Program-made: the position numbers and the translations under genes
Part shown: positions 29,240-37,005 of the stretch, piece after piece
Layout: each line of letters opens with the position of its first letter
How positions within the stretch are numbered: position 1 is the first letter of the stretch
The notes under the pieces: model-generated
What the model was told of the DNA's origin: nothing
Database searches by the model: none
What the model saw: the letters and a program-made list of their open reading frames with translations, nothing else
Source: an uncultured Bdellovibrio sp.
GTDB taxonomy: Bacteria; Bdellovibrionota; Bdellovibrionia; Bdellovibrionales; Bdellovibrionaceae
Assembly (NCBI GenBank): GCA_963932905.1
Contig: CAWVRN010000002.1
Coordinates: 32,001 to 96,000 of the forward strand
Length of the DNA: 64,000 bases
Reading direction: 5' to 3'

Positions 29240-30960
29240 AAAAAACGTCTCCTCCAGATAAGGGTTGCCAGAAGTCTAAATTCAAGTCCCACGTCGTAAT
29301 CAGAAAGGTTCTCACTGGTTCGTTTAGTCCAACTCGTAACGGTGTCGGGGTCGACAATGTCGGTTAGGGTTTCGCCATATTTTTTCCAGTATTCGACAAA
29401 ATAGCGATGAATAGTCGCCTGGGCTTTCAAATTTTTTGTCAGTGCAGATTTAGGTCGTTGAGCCAGTTCGGGGCTGACCGCGGTCGAAGCGACTTGGCGT
29501 AAATGGAATTTTTCGGGCCCTTCGATAGGTTTAAGTAGTTGAGCTGCGTGTAAAACATTGATGTCAGCAAATGGAACTCGGGCTTCCAGTGAATGGGCCA
29601 TTGTGTGAGTGTCGCCGTTATGTAGGAGTCGGCGTAGCCAGAAATCAACGATAATTTTAGACATCGCAAATCGCTGATCGGGTAGGGTTTTCCAATTGTA
29701 GCCACTTTCAATCGAATAAGATCTATAAAAATCACTAAAATCCGCCACAGCATTAACTTTTCGCAGAGGAACATGTCCAAAAAACTGAATCACATTTTGC
29801 ACTGACGCCACCATGTTTTTGCCCAGCAAAAATGGATATCCAAAGTGGGTTTCGTCAGCGGCGTCACCGACTAAGACGGCCTTCACATGTTGGGCTGCCG
29901 CGAGTGCAAGTGCGTGCTGCGAAACTTCTTGTTCCCAGGCAGAGATCAAATCGTTTTTTTCGAGAGTTTTTATAAGCAATTCAGGATAGTCGGTTGCTGT
30001 TACTTTCACGTCATGTAATTCGTGTCCTAATTGCTGACTGGCGCTGACTGCAAAATCATAGTCTTCACTTTTAACTATCAATGCTTTTTTATAGTCCTCT
30101 TCTTTATTGTCTTCATATCTTATCGTCCACGTTTTTAGTTTTTTGTCCGACAAACTGGCGATGAGTGTAGAGTCCAATCCTCCTGATAGGAAAAGTCCGA
30201 CCTCGCTATCGGCATGAAGTGTTTTATTTACAGCATCCTTCAGTAACGTTTTCCAGTCAGAGGCGTCCACTGAATCAGATGGATTGAAGTGATAGGAAAA
30301 ATATTTTTCAATTGATAGAGATCCATTTGAAACAGTCAGTGTGTGCCCAGGCAGAAGTACTTCCACGTTTTTGAATGGAGTTGATACCGATCCCGTAAAA
30401 TACGGAGCTATCAGATATTCGCAAAGATAGTCTTCATTAATTTTGAATTCCATCAGTTTACTTTGGACCAATACCGAGGCTTCGGAGGCACAAGTAAATA
30501 GTGTTTTATTGGAATAGTAGAAAAATGGTTTTACGCCTAACGGGTCACGTGCCGCAAAACCGCGTTCATTTTTATTATCCCAAATAAAGAAGGAAAACAT
30601 TCCATTGAATTTTTTAACACAATCTGGTCCCCATTTTTCATAGGCAGCCAGGACTACTTCAGAATCTGATCGCGTTTTAAAATCATAAGAGGCTTCTAGT
30701 TCTTTTCTTAATTCTTGGTAGTTGTAAATTTCGCCATTATAAATCAGTGTCAGTTGTCCGTTGTGATTCTGCGTAGGCAAGCTAAGATTTCTTAGATCGA
30801 GCATAGATAATCGGTTCTGACCCAAAACACAATGATCAAAAACTTTATGTCCGCTGCCGTCCGGACCGCGGTGTAATTGCATCCGTAGCATGTTTTCGAC
30901 GATATGTTTATCGTTAGGCAACAATCCTTTTTTTCTTACGATGGCTGCTATGGCGCACAT
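29236..30960 (-). CDS. asnB: Asparagine synthase (glutamine-hydrolysing)-family amidotransferase
   Basis: N-terminal MC (Ntn Cys), HRGPD, NGEIYN, RDPLGVKP, LSGGLDS, GDAADE, EARVPF. Confidence 0.9.
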   Translation of the reverse strand: MCAIAAIVRKKGLLPNDKHIVENMLRMQLHRGPDGSGHKVFDHCVLGQNRLSMLDLRNLSLPTQNHNGQLTLIYNGEIYNYQELRKELEASYDFKTRSDSEVVLAAYEKWGPDCVKKFNGMFSFFIWDNKNERGFAARDPLGVKPFFYYSNKTLFTCASEASVLVQSKLMEFKINEDYLCEYLIAPYFTGSVSTPFKNVEVLLPGHTLTVSNGSLSIEKYFSYHFNPSDSVDASDWKTLLKDAVNKTLHADSEVGLFLSGGLDSTLIASLSDKKLKTWTIRYEDNKEEDYKKALIVKSEDYDFAVSASQQLGHELHDVKVTATDYPELLIKTLEKNDLISAWEQEVSQHALALAAAQHVKAVLVGDAADETHFGYPFLLGKNMVASVQNVIQFFGHVPLRKVNAVADFSDFYRSYSIESGYNWKTLPDQRFAMSKIIVDFWLRRLLHNGDTHTMAHSLEARVPFADINVLHAAQLLKPIEGPEKFHLRQVASTAVSPELAQRPKSALTKNLKAQATIHRYFVEYWKKYGETLTDIVDPDTVTSWTKRTSENLSDYDVGLEFRLLATLIWRRRFL

Positions 30961-31847
30961 AACGACCTCCGTAGTATATCCAAGCTTTGATTGTAGGAAT
31001 CAAAACCAAAGCGTTTATCGGGAAAATAGCTTGGTTTTTTCTTTTCAGAACCGATCTGCCATTTCAGGTGTGCCCAATTCCTCAGTGGCTCTTTGTTTAA
31101 AAACGGGCCGTTCTCATTCGCCCAAAGCAAAAGTGGCCAATTCGCCAGCGGCGTAATTAACTCAACATTGAAGTGTTCAAAACATTGCTTTGTCAGAAAA
31201 AACAAGTCGCAAAATTCTGATCCAGCAAATGATTGATCTGCCCCGTCTCCGGAATATATTTGAGTCACTCCAAGTTTAGAAATTTCACGAGCGAGTATCC
31301 ATTTTGATACTGGGTGGAGATTATAAATTGGACATTCTACTTTTTCTAAAAAACTCGGAAGCGATTGAATGAATTCTAGATAGTCAGTTTCTATTTGAAT
31401 ATATTCGATAGAATGGTAGTTGCAGAATTTTTGAACCTGCTGCGATTCACAGTATCCATCAATGTTAGTTTGCAAATAATAGGCGTTAACATGAAATCCT
31501 TTATCTCGTGCGTAAAGAGCTAATACCTGTGAATCTAAGCCACCACTGATGGCTAAATTGATCGAATGGCAAGTCATCCTATTAAAATGTAAATCGAGCA
31601 AGTTTAAAAAACTTGAGCTGATGTGTGGGTGGGGCCAAGTGATATTAGATATTTTTTCTATGCCTTGAACGGGGGTCATTGGCCAAGTGTCTTTTCCTTG
31701 CCTATAAAGGGAAATGAAATCGAAATTCCACTGCCAAGTCGGTTTTTCTCTGATCAACGTTTTCAGCGACGAGCTTGTTTGCAGATTGCTTTTGTCCTGA
31801 TAGATAAAATCAGTTTTAAAAAGTCCGAAGTTTAAATTTGACTGCAT
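30948..31847 (-). CDS. Asparagine-synthase C-terminal-domain ATP-dependent ligase lacking a glutaminase domain
   Basis: ISGGLDS PP-loop, SGDGAD, KEPLR; no N-terminal Cys; ATG 31847 overlaps the end of the radical SAM gene. Confidence 0.75.
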   Translation of the reverse strand: MQSNLNFGLFKTDFIYQDKSNLQTSSSLKTLIREKPTWQWNFDFISLYRQGKDTWPMTPVQGIEKISNITWPHPHISSSFLNLLDLHFNRMTCHSINLAISGGLDSQVLALYARDKGFHVNAYYLQTNIDGYCESQQVQKFCNYHSIEYIQIETDYLEFIQSLPSFLEKVECPIYNLHPVSKWILAREISKLGVTQIYSGDGADQSFAGSEFCDLFFLTKQCFEHFNVELITPLANWPLLLWANENGPFLNKEPLRNWAHLKWQIGSEKKKPSYFPDKRFGFDSYNQSLDILRRSLCAP

Positions 31848-32653
31848 ATATTTAATATCGTTTCTCTTTGAGATTTGATTTCTTGTGGTGACATCTGTTG
31901 CTGCGTACTGAGTGTAGATTGACCCCCTTTGCACAGATAGCACGAATTTATTGGCTCGCTGGATTCCAGATGTTGCTTAATTAAAATAGCTAGCGCACTT
32001 TCGTTATGTGCATGCAGATCAATCCCGTCCTCTTTGAACGTTTGAGGATTCGCAGCCATACGCTGGATATACTGTGGTCGTGTGCAACTATAGAATCTGC
32101 CGTCTTTCACGCTGTTGCATCGGTGGTGGATCCAACACCCTTGAAAAGTTTTTTTTGCTTCTTCGTAAGTGGCTTTTTCTGAGCGATTTAAATTTACAAA
32201 TTTATCTTGTGTTTTCCAGCTCACTGAAATTCCGTGGTCGGTTGCTTTTTGGCGAATCCATTTTAGTAAATCTTTTGATAGTGGCGGAGATGGGTAAATT
32301 GAAACTGTTAGCATTTCAAATTCGTTCCAGGCCTCGTCAGCGAGTTTAGTCAGGAGGTGGCCGTTGGTTGTAACGCTAATTTTTTTCGAAATTCCAGTTT
32401 TTTTTGCAATTTTTAGAAGTCGCGGCAGCTCTGGATGCAAAAGCGGTTCTCCGCCAACAATTTTTAAAAATGAAGGCTCAACTACTTTTCCCACTTGAAT
32501 TAAGTCTTTTTCGAATTGGTCTGGATCGACTTGCCAAAACTTTAACATTGGGGAAAAGGAGCAACACTGGGCACATCTTAAATTGCAGTGGTCCACAATG
32601 TGATATTCAAGAGCACGAGTCTGAACACGTCCATTTACTATTTTATAATCCAT
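31832..32653 (-). CDS. Radical SAM enzyme with C-terminal Cys cluster (Twitch/SPASM-like)
   Basis: CNLRCAQC, GGEPLLHP, TTNG; C-terminal CWIHHRC..YSC..CYLC. Confidence 0.9.
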   Translation of the reverse strand: MDYKIVNGRVQTRALEYHIVDHCNLRCAQCCSFSPMLKFWQVDPDQFEKDLIQVGKVVEPSFLKIVGGEPLLHPELPRLLKIAKKTGISKKISVTTNGHLLTKLADEAWNEFEMLTVSIYPSPPLSKDLLKWIRQKATDHGISVSWKTQDKFVNLNRSEKATYEEAKKTFQGCWIHHRCNSVKDGRFYSCTRPQYIQRMAANPQTFKEDGIDLHAHNESALAILIKQHLESSEPINSCYLCKGGQSTLSTQQQMSPQEIKSQRETILNICSQI

Positions 32654-33395
32654 AATAGGCTCCTTCAATTTCAATCAGTAAATCTGAACGGCAAATTTCT
32701 GCAGAAACAAACTCGATAGATTTTCCTAGTTTTTCTTCTAAATCCGATTTTATTTTCGTTTCGATAGCTGGGTCCCGCATGTAAACTCGCCATGACATTT
32801 GGTTTTTTAAAATAGGTTTTTTAAGTGTTTGTTGAGCCTTGTTTATAACTTCATCAATATTTTCGATAGTGCATTTAATTTGTCCATCTAGGTCACCCAG
32901 AAACATTGTTTTATGGCCGCGAATACTAGCAGTGCCTGAAAGAAAAAACATGGAATCAATTACAGCGGCACGTGCAAAGGAAGGCGACGTGGGACCGTAT
33001 TCATTCGGGTAATCGTAGGCTTCGATCTGTAGACGATTGGAAATGGGCATTGGTTTGGTTTTACCAAAGAGAAACCGAAACTGAATTGATGAGCCTTGGC
33101 TTCCTACCGCACTGGCGGCTGGAAAGGAATTTTGGTCTATATTCAGTCGGTTGTAGGCGTTTTTTCTACCAGCGCAGAAGTGTTGGTAGTTCTCAATTCC
33201 CTCAGTGAACCGATTGATTTCTGGAATATAGTTCCAGATTCTTATTATTTCTGAAAAACCCATGCTCAAAGCGCTGCGCCAAGCTTCCAGGTACACGGAT
33301 TCAGTAACGTCTTGAATTTTAGAGGATTCGATAGATTTTGAAAAGTTAATTTCAAGTCCAAATTTAGTAGTGCGAGTGTTTAGAGTTTGTTCCAT
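32643..33395 (-). CDS. Chorismatase, FkbO/Hyg5/XanB2 family
   Basis: RIWNY, YQHFCAGR, PAASAVG, YDYPNEYGPTSPSFARA, SGTASI, ICRSDLLIEIEG. Confidence 0.85.
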   Translation of the reverse strand: MEQTLNTRTTKFGLEINFSKSIESSKIQDVTESVYLEAWRSALSMGFSEIIRIWNYIPEINRFTEGIENYQHFCAGRKNAYNRLNIDQNSFPAASAVGSQGSSIQFRFLFGKTKPMPISNRLQIEAYDYPNEYGPTSPSFARAAVIDSMFFLSGTASIRGHKTMFLGDLDGQIKCTIENIDEVINKAQQTLKKPILKNQMSWRVYMRDPAIETKIKSDLEEKLGKSIEFVSAEICRSDLLIEIEGAYYGL

Positions 33396-34051
33396 TAAAT
33401 TCCCCTCTCGGTCAATGCATACATATAGGGTGAACGGTAAGCTACATCGGTAAGTTTAATTTTTGTTTTTTTAATAAGTCCACTTGAGATAATATATTTT
33501 CTAAAATTTCTTTTATCGATCGAAGTATTCAGAATGCCTTCATACAGTTGCTGAACCTGAGTGAGAGTAAAGTTTTCAGGCAAAACCTTCAGTGCAATAT
33601 TATTTTTGTATAAGTTTTCGATTAACCATTTCCGAGAAAATTCTACGATGTCGACGTGATCAAAAGCCAGATCCAATTTTTTTTGGTGTAAAGAGATCCA
33701 CTTGGCTTCTTTCGCATCTGTTCCCGCAGATAGTTTGAAATCGGTGGATTTAACCATTGCAAAAAACGCGACAGTTATTACTCGTTCTCGCGGATCACGA
33801 TCGATGGCGCTAAATGCCTTTAGCTGGGTCAGGTGAGATGTTCTTAAAGATGTCTCTTCAAAAAGTTCGCGTTCCGCAGCTTCTTCTAATGTTTCATTGT
33901 TTCGAACAAATCCACCTGGCAGCGCCCAGCGATTCCGATAGGGAGCGATACCTCGTTTAACAACTAAAACAGAAGGAGCATTGTTCGCGATACCAAAAAC
34001 AACTATGTCGACAGTCAGGGCCGGTCGGTCATATTTGTAAGTAAATTCCAT
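33395..34051 (-). CDS. nrtR: NrtR-family Nudix/wHTH transcriptional repressor
   Basis: Nudix box in WALPGGFVRNNETLEEAAERELFEET, RDPRER, LAFDH, FTLTQVQQLYE, KRNFRK; GAGGTG RBS before ATG 34051. Confidence 0.9.
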   Translation of the reverse strand: MEFTYKYDRPALTVDIVVFGIANNAPSVLVVKRGIAPYRNRWALPGGFVRNNETLEEAAERELFEETSLRTSHLTQLKAFSAIDRDPRERVITVAFFAMVKSTDFKLSAGTDAKEAKWISLHQKKLDLAFDHVDIVEFSRKWLIENLYKNNIALKVLPENFTLTQVQQLYEGILNTSIDKRNFRKYIISSGLIKKTKIKLTDVAYRSPYMYALTERGI

Positions 34052-34068
34052 GAGCACCTCTATTACTG

Positions 34069-34093
34069 ACTTAGTGTATAACAAACACTAAGT
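34069..34093. promoter_or_regulatory. Putative NrtR operator
   Basis: Perfect palindrome ACTTAGTGT-ATAACAA-ACACTAAGT (GT-N7-AC core), 17 nt upstream of the nrtR start. Confidence 0.8.
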
Positions 34094-34220
34094 ATTTTCA
34101 ATGCCCAGTTTTTATCGGTACTAAGTGGTTGAAATAACTCAATGTAAAAATTTTCAGGTTGGCTTATTTTCAGGCATTTTTGTCTGCGTCCTTGAAAAAA
34201 CCGCCCATGAGACTGGGTGT

Positions 34221-34286
34221 TAAACACTTGATTTCATTGGTATTCGTTTTCTAGAGGTGCTACTCCAGTCTGGCATTACTTTGGCA
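34221..34286 (+). promoter_or_regulatory. Candidate IHF site plus sigma-54 promoter
   Basis: AATCAAGTGTTTA (minus strand, 34221-34233) fits WATCAANNNNTTR; TGGCATTACTTTGGCA (34271-34286) has GG-N10-GC. Confidence 0.4.
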
Positions 34287-34372
34287 ATATGAATTCAATA
34301 TTCATTTTCCGTTGAATGCTTAACACTTATTCTGTCGAAACTTTTGACGGTTCGACGTTGATAGGAAATTTT

Positions 34373-35563
34373 ATGACTAAAACATTTAGTAGAATTACAA
34401 GTTTGTCAGCAGCGCTTGTGGTGGCAATTGCGTTGTCCGCGTGTGATGTTCGAAACGAACTGAAAGACATGCACAAAAGCACAGGCAACATGGAAAAAAA
34501 TACGGAAAAGATGGTGGAAATCACAGACCGTATGGAAAAAATGACCGGCAACATGGGTGGCGACGTTAAAGTTATGAAGAACGAAACCGGCGAAGTGAAT
34601 GGCAGCGTTACGGAATTCAACGGCAAGCTCGACAAACTTCAAGACGTCATTGATAGCATGGAAACGCGTGTTGGTACTGGTATCGAAGAAGTCTACGACG
34701 GTCTTCGCCAAGGGGATTCGTCTAATTTACGTCGCTTGGCTCTTCAGGGTGTGCTGAAAGCACGTGCCCACGAGAAGAAATTATTGGAAGCGGCTCAATA
34801 CTTGGCTGGTTATGAATTCTATTTCTGGCGCGCGTTCGGTATGGATAAAGATCTAAAACGCCGTGATGAGCTAGTATTTGGTGCGACTCAACAATTCTTC
34901 AAAGACATTTACGAATTCTATAATTACAAAGCTGCCGTGTTTCCTTTGGCTGATCCTGATCTGGGCGATAGTTTCAATCGTGAAGCTTCGTTCAACGCGA
35001 TCGCAGCGGCTTTGCACATGGACAACCCAAAACAAAAAGAAAACATCAAATTGATGGCTGCTCAAGGTATCAAAGTTGAAGAACTTACGTTCTTGAAATT
35101 GATCAAAACAGGTCTGTCAATGAAGCCTGACATTGAAAGCGGTAAACTCAAGCTTGATGAAATTCCATTGCAGTACAAAGAAGTTCTGATCAATGAAGAA
35201 GTGGCAATTAAATTATTGCAAGCTCGTTGGAATTTCTTGTCGGTGGCAGCACTTGATAAAAGCTTTCACTTTAAACAAGCCGGCGTATTTAAATATGTTC
35301 GTTCGGCTTGGAATTTAGCAACGACTTGGAAATTAGATTTTTCAAAATTAAACACGATTCAAATTGCAGATCTACATTTCTATTTAAAAGAAGCTAAGTC
35401 GGCTCGTGAATTTCTAAATTCAATCGGTGTGCAAACGAAACCTGATTTCTTGTTAGTGGCATTCATCAAACGTATGAAACCAGTGGGCCTTGATCAATTA
35501 TCTGAAGAAAGCCTGGCTAAAGCTCAAGAAAGCTTAGCGATCTTAGAAACGTTAAAACAGTAA
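34373..35563 (+). CDS. Hypothetical lipoprotein with N-terminal coiled coil
   Basis: Lipobox LSAC; Met-rich heptad segment. Confidence 0.7.
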   Translation: MTKTFSRITSLSAALVVAIALSACDVRNELKDMHKSTGNMEKNTEKMVEITDRMEKMTGNMGGDVKVMKNETGEVNGSVTEFNGKLDKLQDVIDSMETRVGTGIEEVYDGLRQGDSSNLRRLALQGVLKARAHEKKLLEAAQYLAGYEFYFWRAFGMDKDLKRRDELVFGATQQFFKDIYEFYNYKAAVFPLADPDLGDSFNREASFNAIAAALHMDNPKQKENIKLMAAQGIKVEELTFLKLIKTGLSMKPDIESGKLKLDEIPLQYKEVLINEEVAIKLLQARWNFLSVAALDKSFHFKQAGVFKYVRSAWNLATTWKLDFSKLNTIQIADLHFYLKEAKSAREFLNSIGVQTKPDFLLVAFIKRMKPVGLDQLSEESLAKAQESLAILETLKQ

Positions 35564-35588
35564 TCCTATGAAACCAGCGATGTTGTTT

Positions 35589-36974
35589 CTATTGGAACAA
35601 CATCGTAAAGCCGATCAACACGAATACGACACTTGTCTTAATCAACGTAATAACGAAAATATCTTTGTAGCACTGCTTGTGAGTTATGCCCGTGATGGCC
35701 AACAATGTGATGACGGCACCGTTATGGGGAAGTGTATCCATACCACCCGAAGCCATCGAAGCCACGCGGTGAAGCAGCTCTGCGCTGGTCCCGTGTTCTT
35801 GTGCCCAGCGCAAGTATTCCGCACCGAAAGAATCCAAAGCGATACTTAATCCGCCCGACGCGGATCCCGTTACACCCGACAAAACATTCACCGTAATGGC
35901 TTCAGATAATAAAGGACTGCCACCGCGACCGATGCTCATCATCGATTCCGCAATTGTCTTAAAGCCCGGTAATACTTTAACCACGTTACCAAAGCCCACT
36001 TCTGAAGCCGTATTCATGATTGCTAGTAAGGATCCTGTCGCTCCTAAGCTGATAGCGTTTGCTAATTTTCCAGAAAGTTTTTTTGGGTTCAGCAAGGTAG
36101 CTAGCAATACGCCAACAGACAACGCGATGATGAGCGCCCAGTTGTTCATCGTACCTTTTAAAGTATTTAAATCCATTTTGTACGGAGGCTCACCGGCCCA
36201 CGAAGAAATATCCCATCCAGGAAACACAACTTTTTGCAGCAACAAAGTGACCGCAAGAACGCTGATCAACGGAATAGCCGCTACCATTGGCGAAGGCAGA
36301 GTCGTTTTTTGTTCCGTCGATTCGGCCTCTAGAACACCATAACCTTCGCCGGCGGCCTGCAGTTTTCGGCGACGATATTCCAGAAACAGCATACCACTGA
36401 CAAAAATAATTATACCGCCGACCGTTCCAAAAATAGGAGCCGCATATAAATCAGTATTGAAGAATTTCATGGGAATTGAATTTTGAATTTGCGGAGTTCC
36501 TGGCAATGCATCCATCGTAAACGTGAACGCACCTAGGGCAATGGTTGGAGGCAGCAAACGTTTAGGAATATTCGCGCTTTTAAATAACGAAGCACCGAAG
36601 GGATAAACAGCAAATGCGACAACAAATAAACTGACACCACCGTACGTTAAGACCGCGCATGATAGAACAATCGCTAAAATACTATGCTTAGTTCCTAATT
36701 TTTGAGTGATGGCCTGTGCAATGGATTCCGCAGCGCCTGATTGTTCCATCACTTTACCGAAAACAGCGCCTAATAAGAAAAAGGGAAAGTAAACTTTTAC
36801 GTAGCCAGCCAGCTGAGGCAAAAACAATTCAGTGAATGTCGGTAGAGGAGATAGTCCTGAAAACGCAGCCGCCAGTAACGCAAATATCGGCGCGAAGAAA
36901 ATGACCGAGAAGCCTCGGTACGCCATATACATTAATAACCCTAAACTGATTAGAATCCCTAAACTTGCCAGCAT
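35589..36974 (-). CDS. GntP-family H+/organic acid permease (3-hydroxybutyrate-permease-like)
   Basis: LTYGGVSLFVV, PGTPQIQN, TGSASGG, DTLPHNGA. Confidence 0.85.
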   Translation of the reverse strand: MLASLGILISLGLLMYMAYRGFSVIFFAPIFALLAAAFSGLSPLPTFTELFLPQLAGYVKVYFPFFLLGAVFGKVMEQSGAAESIAQAITQKLGTKHSILAIVLSCAVLTYGGVSLFVVAFAVYPFGASLFKSANIPKRLLPPTIALGAFTFTMDALPGTPQIQNSIPMKFFNTDLYAAPIFGTVGGIIIFVSGMLFLEYRRRKLQAAGEGYGVLEAESTEQKTTLPSPMVAAIPLISVLAVTLLLQKVVFPGWDISSWAGEPPYKMDLNTLKGTMNNWALIIALSVGVLLATLLNPKKLSGKLANAISLGATGSLLAIMNTASEVGFGNVVKVLPGFKTIAESMMSIGRGGSPLLSEAITVNVLSGVTGSASGGLSIALDSFGAEYLRWAQEHGTSAELLHRVASMASGGMDTLPHNGAVITLLAITGITHKQCYKDIFVITLIKTSVVFVLIGFTMLFQ

Positions 36975-37005
36975 AGTCACCTCGTGAAAAAGGTTCTATA
37001 CTGGT

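Noticed and set aside
25634..33395. Lasso peptide or other RiPP cluster (AsnB-like cyclase plus radical SAM)
   Set aside because: No precursor ORF, RRE/PqqD or leader peptidase; the genes overlap and leave no room for one.
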